NCBI GenBank assembly: GCA_963809685.1
Contig: CAWEKN010000004.1
Location: 63,182-127,181 of the forward strand
Source: an uncultured Solirubrobacterales bacterium
Lineage (GTDB): Bacteria > Actinomycetota > Thermoleophilia > Solirubrobacterales > Solirubrobacteraceae
Direction: 5' to 3'
Length of the DNA stretch: 64,000 bases
Positions 49,160 through 59,213 of this stretch are shown one piece after another. The position numbers were made by a program, and so were the translations under genes. Numbering within the stretch: position 1 is the stretch's first letter; every line of letters begins with the position of its first letter. The notes beneath the pieces were generated by a model. The model was not told the origin of the DNA. It saw only the letters and a list, made by a program, of their open reading frames with translations, and searched no databases.

Positions 49160-49744
49160 GTGATCGAAACCGGCAACCTGGCGCCTCGTCCGGCAACGGT
49201 CCGTTTTCGCCGGGCCGCGATCCCGCAGCGCTCCACGCGCACGGCGATCGCGACGCTCGCGCTCGCGGTCGGGGTCGTCTACGTCGCGGCCGCCGTCACG
49301 CTTCCGCACGGCTACGGCGCCCTGGCCGCGGCGGAGGCCGTGATCGGCGCGGCCGAGCTGGGGTGGGCGGCGGCGCTGCAGCTGCGGCCGCAGAGCCGGC
49401 GGGTGCTCTTCGGCGGAGCTGCCCTGCAGCTGTTGCTGGTCGCGTTCTGGATCGTGTCCCGGACCGCCGGATTGCCCGGCCAGGGCGTGCTGCCGATCGG
49501 CGAGCTCGACGTTCTATGCGTTGTCGACGAGCTCGTCGCTGCGACGATCGCGCTGCGGCTTGGATCCGGGCGTCTGCCGCTGTCGCCGGGACGCGCGCTC
49601 GCGCTGATCCAGGTCGCCGTCGTGGTGGCCGGGGTGACCCTCTACGCTTGGGGCGGCGGACACAGCCACGGCGCCACGGCTTCCGCGGGCGTGCCGGGGA
49701 GCCGGGCCGGCGAGCAGCTGCACTTCTTCTGCCGCCTTCTGTAA
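49160..49744 (+). CDS. hypothetical membrane protein
   Basis: About 5 TM; 'WIVSRTAGLP'; 'HSH' near the C-terminus; start uncertain. Confidence 0.55.
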   Translation: MIETGNLAPRPATVRFRRAAIPQRSTRTAIATLALAVGVVYVAAAVTLPHGYGALAAAEAVIGAAELGWAAALQLRPQSRRVLFGGAALQLLLVAFWIVSRTAGLPGQGVLPIGELDVLCVVDELVAATIALRLGSGRLPLSPGRALALIQVAVVVAGVTLYAWGGGHSHGATASAGVPGSRAGEQLHFFCRLL

Positions 49745-49788
49745 TGCGGGGGTTCCAGGTCGGCTGCGACCGGCCGATTACTCGTTTG

Positions 49789-52542
49789 ATGGACGATCGG
49801 CGTCGGAATAGGGTCGATGTTCGGCCATTCCGCGCCGTTGTGGCGCCTTCGGTGGTCGCAGCATTGGCGATGATTGCGAGCTACCTCGGGTGGCACGCGG
49901 CCGCGTGCTGGGACGTCGCGTGGACGGCTGCGGCGGTGAGCGCGCTGATCGGGATGATCGTGGCCCGGCGCAGCGCGCCGCCAGAGGCGAGACATCGCTG
50001 GACCCTGTGGACCGCAGCCGCCGCATCCTGGCTCGCTGGACAGCTCGCTTGGGACCTGTTCGCCGTGGTCGGGATGCCGTCGTCCCCGAACGCCTGCGAC
50101 GTCGGCTTCTGGGCGTTTGCGGTGATCGTGATCATCAGCATCGCATCCACTTCGGGCCGCTCGCGCTTCCCACGAATCGTGATGGCGCTCGAGACGATCC
50201 CGCTGGTGGCCGCCGCGATCGCGCTGACCTTCGCCGAGCTGTGGCCCGATGTCGTCGCGTCGTCGCTACCGCTCGCCGGGCGCGTCTCCGCGCTCATCTA
50301 CCCGGCGCTGTACGTCTCTGCGGCCGTGCTCACCCTGCAGGCGATGATCGCGGGCGACCTCCGACGCGAGCGCTCCCTCGCATCGCTACTGGTGCTCGGC
50401 GGGATCGTCGCCCAGGCGGTGGCGTTCATCCTTTCCGGCCACGGCATGCTGACGGGCACATACACAGCGGGCACGACGATTCTCGATCCGCTTTGGGCGC
50501 TCGGGCTGCTCGCGATCGCGGCCGGTGGAGCTCTCGCCGCACACCGTCCGGAGACTGCGCGACCGGCCCGGGAGGACCCCACCCACCGAGGGAGCGCGCT
50601 GCCGGCCGCGATGTTCATCGTGCTGCTCGGCGCGCTCGTGCACGCACAGCTGAGCCATGCTCCCTCGGCGCCGGGGATCACGCTGATCGCCGGCGTGCTG
50701 TTCTCGGGGGTTGCGCTGATCGCGAGAAGCGCGTTGCTCGAGCGCCGCTCGCGCGTGCTGCTCGGTCGCGAGCGTGCAGCGCTGGTGAGCCTCGCCGAGC
50801 GTGAGGCAGAGCTGGCACGCGCGAACGAGCAGCTGACCGAGAACTCGCGCCGGGATGCCCTGACCGGCATGGGCAATCGCTGGGCCCTGTCTCACGACCT
50901 TGCCAAGCTCGACACCGACAGCCTGCAGAGCGCCGAAAGCTACGCGCTCGCCCTCTGCGACATCGACCATTTCAAGGCCTACAACGACCGCCTCGGACAC
51001 CTCGCCGGCGATCAGGCTCTGCGCGCGATCTCCGCGATGGTGCGCGGGGTATTGCGCAGCGGCGATGCTGCGTACCGCTTCGGCGGCGAAGAGCTGCTGC
51101 TGGTGTTCCGCGACACAGAGCCGCAACATGCGTTTGCGGCTGCCGAGCGAGTGAGGGCCGAGATCGAGGCGGCGTCGCTCCCGCATCCCGCCGGGCTCGG
51201 CGGGATTCTGACCGTCTCGATCGGCGTCGCCGCAGGCAGCGGCGGCTCCGGCGCTCTGCTCGCACGCGCTGACGCGGCGCTCTACGCCGCCAAGCACGGA
51301 GGGCGCAACCGCGTCTGCGAGGAATCCGCCGGTAACCCCGTGCCGCTGATGGGCCGCAACCGCCGCGCCGTAGCCGAGGAGCCGGTCCCGCGGCACCTGC
51401 GCGGCATGCTCGCGATCTCGCGTGCGGCCGCGTCTGGCCACGGTGCGCTTCCCGTGCTGGAGGCGCTCGCCGAGACGATCCGGCGTGAGTTGTCGTTCCA
51501 GGTCGTGTGCGTGAGCGCGCTGGACGAGGATCGGACTGAGCTGCGCAGGGTCGTGGTGCTCGGAGACGAAGAGGCAAGGCGCATGCTGCTCGGCAAGACC
51601 GAACCCGCCGACGAACTGCACGCACTGCTCGACTCCGAGCACGAGCGGTGCGGTGCGATCTGGCTGCCCGCCGGCTCGTATGACTGGGTCAGCGATCCCG
51701 TGATGTGGACGCCGGCCAGCGCGGCGGGGCTCGAGGCCGATGCATGGGACCCGGAGGACATGCTGCTGTTGCCGGTGCGCAACGCGGCCGGCGAGGCCCT
51801 CGGCGTCGTGTCTGTGGATCAGCCGCTCACCGGGCGCCGGCCGGAGGACTCCGAGCTGACGGTGCTGATGGCCGTGGCCGATCACGCCGGCCTGGCGCTC
51901 GAGCAGGCTCAGCGTGACGCGACCGAGACCTCCGCGCTGCGCCAGCAGTCACTGGAGCTGCGGCTGGCAGCCGTGATGCTGCTCGCCGAGGCGCTCGATC
52001 TCCGCGACCCGGCAACTGCGCGCCACTCGGTCACCGTCGGGGCATATGCCCGCAAGATCGCGCTGGCGCTCGGTCTCGCGCCGGAGCGTGTCGAGCGGAT
52101 CCACGCCGCCGGCGTGGTTCACGATCTCGGCAAGCTCGGAATCGCCGACGCAATTCTCTTCAAGCCCGCTGCGCTGGATCAGGCCGAGTGGCGCGAGATC
52201 AGCCGACACCCCGAGACCGGAGCGAGGATCCTCGAGCATGCCGGACTCGATGACATCGCCGGCTGGGTGCGCGCCCACCACGAGCGCCCCGACGGCACTG
52301 GCTATCCCAGCGGGCTGTCGGCGGTTGAGATACCGCTGGAGGCACGCATCCTCGCGGTCGCCGACTCGTATGAGGCGATGACCGTGGACCGGCCATATTC
52401 GCCGGCGATGGCACCCGCCCAGGCTCGTGCCGAACTGCTGCGGTGCGCCGGCAAGCAATTCGATCCGCCAGTCGTAGAGGCTTTCCTGGCTGCGTTGGCT
52501 GACGACGAGGAGTCCGACGCGCAGCTGGCGGACGCGGCGTAG
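49789..52542 (+). CDS. membrane-bound diguanylate cyclase / GAF / HD-GYP phosphodiesterase
   Basis: 'DIDHFKAYND', 'RFGGEEL', 'HDLGK', 'HHERPDGTGYP'; start may instead be 49744. Confidence 0.88.
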   Translation: MDDRRRNRVDVRPFRAVVAPSVVAALAMIASYLGWHAAACWDVAWTAAAVSALIGMIVARRSAPPEARHRWTLWTAAAASWLAGQLAWDLFAVVGMPSSPNACDVGFWAFAVIVIISIASTSGRSRFPRIVMALETIPLVAAAIALTFAELWPDVVASSLPLAGRVSALIYPALYVSAAVLTLQAMIAGDLRRERSLASLLVLGGIVAQAVAFILSGHGMLTGTYTAGTTILDPLWALGLLAIAAGGALAAHRPETARPAREDPTHRGSALPAAMFIVLLGALVHAQLSHAPSAPGITLIAGVLFSGVALIARSALLERRSRVLLGRERAALVSLAEREAELARANEQLTENSRRDALTGMGNRWALSHDLAKLDTDSLQSAESYALALCDIDHFKAYNDRLGHLAGDQALRAISAMVRGVLRSGDAAYRFGGEELLLVFRDTEPQHAFAAAERVRAEIEAASLPHPAGLGGILTVSIGVAAGSGGSGALLARADAALYAAKHGGRNRVCEESAGNPVPLMGRNRRAVAEEPVPRHLRGMLAISRAAASGHGALPVLEALAETIRRELSFQVVCVSALDEDRTELRRVVVLGDEEARRMLLGKTEPADELHALLDSEHERCGAIWLPAGSYDWVSDPVMWTPASAAGLEADAWDPEDMLLLPVRNAAGEALGVVSVDQPLTGRRPEDSELTVLMAVADHAGLALEQAQRDATETSALRQQSLELRLAAVMLLAEALDLRDPATARHSVTVGAYARKIALALGLAPERVERIHAAGVVHDLGKLGIADAILFKPAALDQAEWREISRHPETGARILEHAGLDDIAGWVRAHHERPDGTGYPSGLSAVEIPLEARILAVADSYEAMTVDRPYSPAMAPAQARAELLRCAGKQFDPPVVEAFLAALADDEESDAQLADAA

Positions 52543-52573
52543 CGGAAGGATCGAGGCGGCGCGGAGCAGTGCG

Positions 52574-53164
52574 TCACTGCGGCGGGATCATTGCCGCGGT
52601 CAACTCATCGACGAAGCGCCCGATCTCGCGGTCTGACAGCACCCGCTGAGGAGCCTCGCGGGCCATCTGCAACAAGCCGAGGTAGGTGGCGTAGGCGATG
52701 CGGGCGCGGTCGGTCGCGCGGCGCGGCGGCAGACCGAGCTGACGGTAGGTCGCCGTCAGCAGGTCGACGCGCTGGGTGGTTACCCGGGCGACGGCGCTGC
52801 GGACGCGGGCATCACCGAGCTCGCCGAGCAGGTTGACGTGGACCGACGGCGCGCGGCTCTGGCTGAACCTCACCGCCGCGAGCATGACCGCTCGCAGGCG
52901 CGCCTCGGGATCCTCGATCTCGATCAGCTGCGCGAGCCCGGGCCCGACGTGGGACCGCTCCCAGTTACTGAGAGTCGCTTCGATCAGCTCGTCGCGGGTC
53001 GAGAAGTGGGCGTAGAAGCTGCCCTTGGTCACGCCGAGGCGCGCCGCGAGCGGCTCGACCGCGACGGCGGCGAGACCGTCCTGCGCGATCGCCTCGAGTG
53101 CCGCTGCGATCCAGTCATCGCGGCTGAGTCGACGTTTGATCTCGGTTGCCTGTCGGTCCGCCAT
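52574..53164 (-). CDS. TetR-family regulator
   Basis: 'LAARLGVTKGSFYAHF'. Confidence 0.9.
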   Translation of the reverse strand: MADRQATEIKRRLSRDDWIAAALEAIAQDGLAAVAVEPLAARLGVTKGSFYAHFSTRDELIEATLSNWERSHVGPGLAQLIEIEDPEARLRAVMLAAVRFSQSRAPSVHVNLLGELGDARVRSAVARVTTQRVDLLTATYRQLGLPPRRATDRARIAYATYLGLLQMAREAPQRVLSDREIGRFVDELTAAMIPPQ

Positions 53165-53176
53165 CGATGCCAGATA

Positions 53177-53224
53177 ATACGCCACCGTACTGATACGGTA
53201 GAGTATGGATACTCAAGCGTATGG
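53177..53224. promoter_or_regulatory. three tandem ATAC-N6-GTAY palindromes (putative TetR operators)
   Basis: Copies at 53177, 53193 and 53209; exact 16-bp period. Confidence 0.65.
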
Positions 53225-53255
53225 TTGCTGTTCAACGTCCCTTTGGAGGTGACGC

Positions 53256-53954
53256 GTGAAGCAGGTTGCACACGGGGTCCAGCGGCTCACCGAGTGGCCC
53301 GCTCCGGTGATCAACGTCTACCTCGTCGATGACGTGTTGATCGACGCCGGCCGGCGCTGGGATCGGCGCCGGATCTTCAAGCAGCTCACGGGCCGGGAGC
53401 TCTCGATGGTTGCGCTGACCCACGTTCACCCCGATCACCAGGGCGTCGCCAAGGACATCTGCGAGGCGCGCGGCATCCCGCTGGCATGCCACGTCGACGA
53501 CGTCGACGCGATGGAGGGGCGCGTACCGGTGCCCGAGGACGCCGCGCTCGCCAGCCGCCTGATCGTCAGGTTCTGGCAGGGGCCGCCATATCGCGTCGAA
53601 CGCCCGCTGCGAGACGGTGACGAGGTCGCAGGTTTCCGCGTGATCCACGCACCGGGCCACTCACCCGGCGAGGTCATCTACTTTCGCGACGCCGACCGGG
53701 TCGCGATCTGCGGCGACGTCGTCCGCAACCTCAACTACGCGACGCTGCGCGCCGAGATCAAGGAGCCGCCCCCAGCGTTCAACTTCGACACAGCGCAGAA
53801 CCGCCGCTCGATTCGCAAGCTCGCCGACCTGAACCCGTCGATCATCCTTCCCGGGCACGGCGACGCGATCACGGACATCGGCGCGTTTGAGCGCTTCGTG
53901 GACACGCTGCCGGCTGACGCGGCCGTTCGCGCGGCCGAGGCGGAGAGTGGGTGA
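53256..53954 (+). CDS. MBL-fold metallo-hydrolase
   Basis: 'THVHPDH', 'PGHSPG', 'PGHG'. Confidence 0.88.
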   Translation: MKQVAHGVQRLTEWPAPVINVYLVDDVLIDAGRRWDRRRIFKQLTGRELSMVALTHVHPDHQGVAKDICEARGIPLACHVDDVDAMEGRVPVPEDAALASRLIVRFWQGPPYRVERPLRDGDEVAGFRVIHAPGHSPGEVIYFRDADRVAICGDVVRNLNYATLRAEIKEPPPAFNFDTAQNRRSIRKLADLNPSIILPGHGDAITDIGAFERFVDTLPADAAVRAAEAESG

Positions 53955-53998
53955 CGGCGCTGGCATGACGCACGCGGTGCGCAAGTCATCGAACCGGG

Positions 53999-54907
53999 TC
54001 ACCGGACCGCGACGGCGTCGCGCGCGTCGTCGACGACGCGCTCGCACGTCGTGACGAACATCTCGAGCAAGGGCGGGCAGTGCCGCTCGTTCCATGCCAA
54101 CACCAATTCGGACGGGCTGAGGTCATGGACCGGGAGCATCGTGATCGCGCCGCGCGCGAAGATCGGGGCGTTCCCGGCTGCGAGGAGACAGACGCCGATG
54201 CCGCTCGCCACCGCCTCGTAGGTCTCTTCGGTGTCGTTGATCTCGGCCCCGATCCTGACCGGATGTCCGTTTCGCTCGTCGAGAGCAAGCCAGTAGTCAC
54301 GCAGCGGCCCGGCGGTGGCGGGCAGCGCGAGGAACGGCTCGTCGAGGAGGTCGGCAATCGAGACGCTTTCCCGCGCGGCAAGCCGGTGGTCGTTGGGTAA
54401 TGCAACGAGACGCGGCTCACGGGCAATCATCAGCCACCTGTACGGCGGGCGTGGCAGTGGCAGCCACACGAACGCAGCGTCGGTGCTCTGGTCGGCCAGC
54501 CCCGCTGTTCGGTCGCTCCATGCGACGTGGCGCAGCTCGAGTTCGACGTCGGGGCAGCTTGCGACCATCATCGCGCGAACGACCGGGAGCAATCCGCGGC
54601 CCGGGCTTGTGTGCATGCCGATCACGAGCGTGCAGTCGCTGGCCTTCGAGAGCGAGCGCTTCGCGTCCTCCCAGCTGTCGAGCATGCGCTCGGCGTGCGG
54701 GAGCAGCTCGGCACCCGCGCGCGTCAGCTTGACCGAGCGCCCGTCGCGCTCGAACAGCTCGACCCGAAGCAGTCGTTCCAGCGCTCGAATCTGCTTGGAC
54801 AGCGCCGGCTGGCTCACGTACAGCCGCTCGGCGGCGTGCGTGAAGCTCAGCTCCTGCGCGACGGCGAGGAAGTAGCGAAGGTCGCGCACGTGGACGTCCA
54901 TAGCCAT
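53999..54907 (-). CDS. LysR-family regulator
   Basis: 'SFTHAAERLYVSQPALSKQIRALE'; T-N11-A palindrome ATAGCCATCGGTTAT at 54900-54914. Confidence 0.92.
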   Translation of the reverse strand: MAMDVHVRDLRYFLAVAQELSFTHAAERLYVSQPALSKQIRALERLLRVELFERDGRSVKLTRAGAELLPHAERMLDSWEDAKRSLSKASDCTLVIGMHTSPGRGLLPVVRAMMVASCPDVELELRHVAWSDRTAGLADQSTDAAFVWLPLPRPPYRWLMIAREPRLVALPNDHRLAARESVSIADLLDEPFLALPATAGPLRDYWLALDERNGHPVRIGAEINDTEETYEAVASGIGVCLLAAGNAPIFARGAITMLPVHDLSPSELVLAWNERHCPPLLEMFVTTCERVVDDARDAVAVR

Positions 54908-54965
54908 CGGTTATACCAGCGTGTCTTGGACAGCCGGGCGAGTTGCGCGCACCATCAACAACATC

Positions 54966-55883
54966 ATGCAGGCGCTTCTCTATGACCCCGACGCAGAACA
55001 TGGTCTGCGGCTGGGCGAGGCCGCCCCGCCCGAGCCGACGCAGTCGCAGGTACTGATCGAAGTCGTCGCCACTTCGCTCAATTTCGGCGAGATCGCGTTC
55101 CTCGGCCGAAACAGGGCGCCCGGAGCGGTGGCGGGCTGGGATGCCTCGGGCATGGTCCTGACCGCCGCGGCCGATGGCTCTGGACCTCCCGTCGGCGCGC
55201 GCGTCGTCACGTTCGGATGGTCGGGGGCGTGGGCGCAGGAGCGCGCCGTCGACACGGGCGAGCTCGCCGTCCTTCCCGACGCCGTCGACCTCGCCGCCGC
55301 CGCGGCACTCCCGGTCGCGGGCGTAACCGCGCTGCGCGCCCTCCGGCGGCTGGGGGCGGTCATCGGGCGCAGAGTGCTGATCACCGGCGCTTCGGGCGGC
55401 GTCGGGCGCTTCGCAGTCCAGCTCGCGGCGCTTGCGGGCGCCCACGTGATCGCAGCCGTCGGCAGCCCGTCTCGCGGGGAGGGTCTGGCGCAGCTGGGCG
55501 CGGCCGAGGTCGTCGTCGGGCTCAGCGACATACGCGAGCCTGTCGATCGCGTCCTGGACAACGTCGGCGGCCAGGTGCTCGCCGACGCGGTGCTGGTGAC
55601 CAGTCCCGGTGGGCACGTGCTGAGCGTCGGCATGGCGTCGCTTCAGCCGACGACGATCGATTTCGAGCAGGCCCGGCTTCGCGCCGGCGGTGCGTCGATC
55701 GAGCCGTTCGTCGTCGGTCCCGGGTTTGGGGCGGACCTGCCGTACCTGGTGTCGCTGCTGGCTGCCGGAAAGCTCGATCCCCAGATCGGCTGGCGGGGCC
55801 AGTGGGACCGCGCGGGCGAGGCCGCCGCGGCGCTGCGCGGCAGGCGAGTCCGGGGCAAGGCGGTCCTGGAGGTGACACGGTGA
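54966..55883 (+). CDS. MDR/quinone oxidoreductase-like dehydrogenase
   Basis: 'ITGASGGVG', 'GKAVL'. Confidence 0.85.
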   Translation: MQALLYDPDAEHGLRLGEAAPPEPTQSQVLIEVVATSLNFGEIAFLGRNRAPGAVAGWDASGMVLTAAADGSGPPVGARVVTFGWSGAWAQERAVDTGELAVLPDAVDLAAAAALPVAGVTALRALRRLGAVIGRRVLITGASGGVGRFAVQLAALAGAHVIAAVGSPSRGEGLAQLGAAEVVVGLSDIREPVDRVLDNVGGQVLADAVLVTSPGGHVLSVGMASLQPTTIDFEQARLRAGGASIEPFVVGPGFGADLPYLVSLLAAGKLDPQIGWRGQWDRAGEAAAALRGRRVRGKAVLEVTR

Positions 55884-56596
55884 CGCTGCAGGGTCGGCGC
55901 GTGGTGGTGGTCGGTGGGACCAGCGGAATGGGCGCGGCGACGGTGCGCGCTGTGGCGGCTCTCGGCGCGGACGTTGTTTCCGCGGGACGTCGCGTCGCCG
56001 GCGCGCGCGACGCGATCGACGGAGTGCGGCACGCCGAGGTCGATGTGACTGACGAAGCGTCGGTCCGCTCGCTGTTCGAAGAGGTCGGCAGCCTCGACCA
56101 TCTGCTCGTCTCCGCCTCGCCGGGTTCTCCGGGGCGATTCCTCGAGCAGGATCTCGCCGCCGCGCGGACGTTCATCGACGGCAAGGTGCTCGGCAGCTGG
56201 ATGTGCGCGCGCTACGCCGCGCCGCGGATGACGCCGGGCGGGTCGATCACTTTCATCACCGGCTGTGCGGCAGTACGGCCGCCCCGACACGCCGCGACTG
56301 TGACAGCCGCGTTCGCCGCCGTCGAGGCGCTGTCGCGGGCGCTCGCACTGGAGCTCGGCCCGTTGCGCGTGAACACGATTCGCCCGGGTTACACCGACAG
56401 TGAGATGTGGTCGGGCCTCGATGACGCATCGCGCGAGGACCTGCGCCTTCGGGTGGCCGCGGCGCTCCCGGTCGGGCGGATGGGCACGCCCGACGACATC
56501 GCGCACGCCGCTGTGTTCCTGATGACGAGCCGCCAGACGACCGGGGCTGTGCTCGAGGTCAGCGGCGGAGAGCCCTTAGTCGACACCGTGAGCTGA
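55880..56596 (+). CDS. SDR-family oxidoreductase (canonical YxxxK not evident)
   Basis: 'GGTSGMG', 'RVNTIRPG'. Confidence 0.8.
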   Translation: MTLQGRRVVVVGGTSGMGAATVRAVAALGADVVSAGRRVAGARDAIDGVRHAEVDVTDEASVRSLFEEVGSLDHLLVSASPGSPGRFLEQDLAAARTFIDGKVLGSWMCARYAAPRMTPGGSITFITGCAAVRPPRHAATVTAAFAAVEALSRALALELGPLRVNTIRPGYTDSEMWSGLDDASREDLRLRVAAALPVGRMGTPDDIAHAAVFLMTSRQTTGAVLEVSGGEPLVDTVS

Positions 56597-56599
56597 GCG

Positions 56600-57436
56600 A
56601 TGATCCTCGTCACCGGCGCGACCGGCAACGTCGGGCGCGAGGTCGGCGCCGCGTTGGCGGCGCGCGGCGCGCCCGCCCGCGCGGTGGTGCGCGATCCAAC
56701 GCGCGCGCGTGCGATCTTCACCGCCGAGGTCGAGGTGGTCCAAGGCGACCTGGAGCTCCCCGAATCGCTCACGCCCGCGCTGGCCGGGGCCCACAGCGTG
56801 TTCCTGCTGGGTGGGTGGAGCGACATGCCCGAGATCCTGCGACGGATGCGGCGCGCCGGCGTCGAACACGTCGTGCTGCTCAGCTCACGGTCGGTCATCG
56901 GCGGCAAGCCCGACAACGCGATCGCCCGGATGTGGCTCGACTCCGAGGCGGCCGTCCGGGAGTCGGGTATCGCGTGGACAATGCTGCGGCCGAGCGGCTT
57001 TCATTCCAACGCCCTGCGCTGGCTTGCGCAGTTGCGCGAGGGCGATGTGGTCCGCGCGCCGTGGCCGCAGGTGGCGAGCGCTGCGATCGACCCGGCCGAC
57101 ATCGGCGCCGTCGCCGCCGCCGCGCTGACCGAGCCTGGGCACGACGGCGTCGCGCACACGCTGAGCGGCCCGCAGGCGCTGACTCCCGGTGTGCAGGTCG
57201 CGACACTCTCGAGCGTGCTGGGACGGCCGCTGCAATACGAGCCGCTGTCCGACGAGCAGGCACGGGGCGAGATGGCGGCGACCTGGCCGGCGGCGTTCGT
57301 CGACGCGTTCTTTCGCTTCAACTCAGATGGCGAGTTCGACGACTCTCCGGTCGTCGACACGGTGTCGCGGATCACGGGCCGGCCGCCGCGCACGTTCGAG
57401 CAGTGGGCGAGGGTCCACGCCGGCGAGTTCACTTGA
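56600..57436 (+). CDS. NmrA-like NAD(P)H-binding protein
   Basis: 'ILVTGATGNVG', 'LRPSGF', 'IDPADIG'. Confidence 0.85.
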   Translation: MILVTGATGNVGREVGAALAARGAPARAVVRDPTRARAIFTAEVEVVQGDLELPESLTPALAGAHSVFLLGGWSDMPEILRRMRRAGVEHVVLLSSRSVIGGKPDNAIARMWLDSEAAVRESGIAWTMLRPSGFHSNALRWLAQLREGDVVRAPWPQVASAAIDPADIGAVAAAALTEPGHDGVAHTLSGPQALTPGVQVATLSSVLGRPLQYEPLSDEQARGEMAATWPAAFVDAFFRFNSDGEFDDSPVVDTVSRITGRPPRTFEQWARVHAGEFT

Positions 57437-57441
57437 TCGGC

Positions 57442-58407
57442 TCACTGCAGCTCCGCGAAAAGCTCGACGAGTCGGTCGTAAGCCGGTTTAGGAGAGTAGT
57501 CGTCGCGCAGAACACCAAAGTTGTGGAACAGGTCGTCCTTCGAGCTGTCGGCGTCCCGCAGGGTGAACAGCTCCCAATGGGTCACGTTGAGCTCTTCGGC
57601 GCGAGCGTGCACGGCACGGAGGACGGTCTCGAGCACCTCGGCCTGACGCGTCTCCCCGCGGCTCTTGCCCGTCGGCCAGCCGTTCTCGCAGATGCGGATC
57701 GGAATGTCGGCTCCGATGCCCGCGAGCGCCAGTGCCTGGTCTCGGAACGTGCGCAGGAGGCCGTCCACCTCGCCCTCGACCTGGTCTAGCTCGACGCGGG
57801 GGCCGAACACGTCCGGGTACATGTCGAGGCCGGCGTAATCGATCGATCCCGCCAGCGTGTCGCCGGCCCGCGCGCCGACCGCGGGCCAGAACGCCCCCGC
57901 AGCGGGGTTTGTCTCGGGCTTCACCGCGAAGCCGATCGCAGCACTGGCCCGTGCTCGACGCTTCGCTTCGCCGGCGCACAGCAAACCATTGACGAACGCC
58001 TCCAGTGCGTCGGGAAACGCGCCGTCGGCGGCCATCGGCACGGAGGTGAAGTTCGCCTCGCACGTAACCTGGATCGCGTCGAAACGATTCCCGAAGCGGT
58101 CGACAACGCCGGTCACGAAGTCCGTCCACGCCGACACATCGCCCGTGGGATCCCGATAGGCCAAGACGAGATCCCAGCTGACACCCTCGGCGCCCGCGAG
58201 CTGGCCGACCTGGGCCAGAGCGTCCCCGGTCGAATCGACGCCCGTCCAGGAAACGTACATCCGGATGAGCAGCGGGGGCCCGTCGCCCTGCAGACGCCGC
58301 ACCGCGTCGGAGACCTTGTCGAAATCGTCCGGCGGCCCGGACGCCAACCCTCCGGGCGCCCCGGCCAGGCCCAGCGGGAACAGTCCAAAACGCAGGCCTC
58401 CGGCCAT
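57442..58407 (-). CDS. hypothetical protein, clan GH-A-like TIM barrel
   Basis: 'VTCEAN', 'GLDMYP', 'ICENGW', 'FGVLRDDYSPKPAY'. Confidence 0.6.
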   Translation of the reverse strand: MAGGLRFGLFPLGLAGAPGGLASGPPDDFDKVSDAVRRLQGDGPPLLIRMYVSWTGVDSTGDALAQVGQLAGAEGVSWDLVLAYRDPTGDVSAWTDFVTGVVDRFGNRFDAIQVTCEANFTSVPMAADGAFPDALEAFVNGLLCAGEAKRRARASAAIGFAVKPETNPAAGAFWPAVGARAGDTLAGSIDYAGLDMYPDVFGPRVELDQVEGEVDGLLRTFRDQALALAGIGADIPIRICENGWPTGKSRGETRQAEVLETVLRAVHARAEELNVTHWELFTLRDADSSKDDLFHNFGVLRDDYSPKPAYDRLVELFAELQ

Positions 58408-58474
58408 GTCAAAGTGGGCTAGTGCGGCGTTCCAAAAGACCCTTGTGCACTAGGTCCAGCAGGCGCCAGGCGCA

Positions 58475-58669
58475 CTACTCTCCACCGTCGCGCACGACGA
58501 TGCGCATGAGGTCCACCTCTTCACCTTCCCGAGTGTCCGGATAGACGACGTAGGCTCCCGGCGCGCCGCCGAACCAGGTCGCCTCGGCCTCGCCCACGAA
58601 GATGCCCGGTCGTTGCGAGCCGTCGGGCTGCTCGACCCAGACCTTCTCTCCTTCGCGGAACGCACTCAT
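58475..58669 (-). CDS. small hypothetical protein (SH3-like beta barrel)
   Basis: 64 aa, 'FREGEKVWV' start, alternating beta-strand pattern. Confidence 0.55.
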   Translation of the reverse strand: MSAFREGEKVWVEQPDGSQRPGIFVGEAEATWFGGAPGAYVVYPDTREGEEVDLMRIVVRDGGE

Positions 58670-58681
58670 GGCGAAGCGACT

Positions 58682-59140
58682 CTAGTCATCGCCGTTGCCC
58701 TCTGTACGGAGCTGCGTGAGCAGGTGCGCCAGCTGCGCGCGCAGCGCCTCTAGTTCCTCCGGGCTGGTCAGCTCGGCCCACAGCTTCTCCACACGCTGTG
58801 CGGCCGCGTGGGTCACGGGTCGCACGGACGCGCCGCGGTCGGTGAGGAACACGAGGCGAGAGCGGCCGTCGCGCGGGTTCGGCCGGCGCTCGAGGTAACC
58901 CAGATGCTCGAGTTGGGCGACCGCCTGGGCCATGGTCTGCTTACGGACTCGCGCGAGGTCGGCGAGATCCGAGACGGTGATGCCGTCGGCCGGCACAAAC
59001 GGGAACACGTTCGCGTGGGGAGGCCGGAGATCATCGAAGCCTGCCTCGCGCAGCGCGACCTCGATGTCCTGGGCGTGGTGCTGGTAGAGAAGTCGCAGCA
59101 GCAACCCCAGCGGCGGATCGTTTGGGAAATTCTCGTCCAC
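58682..59140 (-). CDS. MarR-family regulator
   Basis: 'LEHLGYLERRPNPRDGRSRLVFLT'; start uncertain. Confidence 0.85.
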   Translation of the reverse strand: MDENFPNDPPLGLLLRLLYQHHAQDIEVALREAGFDDLRPPHANVFPFVPADGITVSDLADLARVRKQTMAQAVAQLEHLGYLERRPNPRDGRSRLVFLTDRGASVRPVTHAAAQRVEKLWAELTSPEELEALRAQLAHLLTQLRTEGNGDD

Positions 59141-59144
59141 GGTA

Positions 59145-59190
59145 TAGACAGGCAACTGTCTAGTCGGTATGATGGACAGGCATCTGTCTA
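59145..59190. promoter_or_regulatory. duplicated palindromic operator TRGACAG-N4-CTGTCTA
   Basis: Copies at 59145-59162 and 59173-59190, between divergent MarR-like genes. Confidence 0.7.
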
Positions 59191-59213
59191 TCTTAGTGAA
59201 ACGGAGTGTTGAC

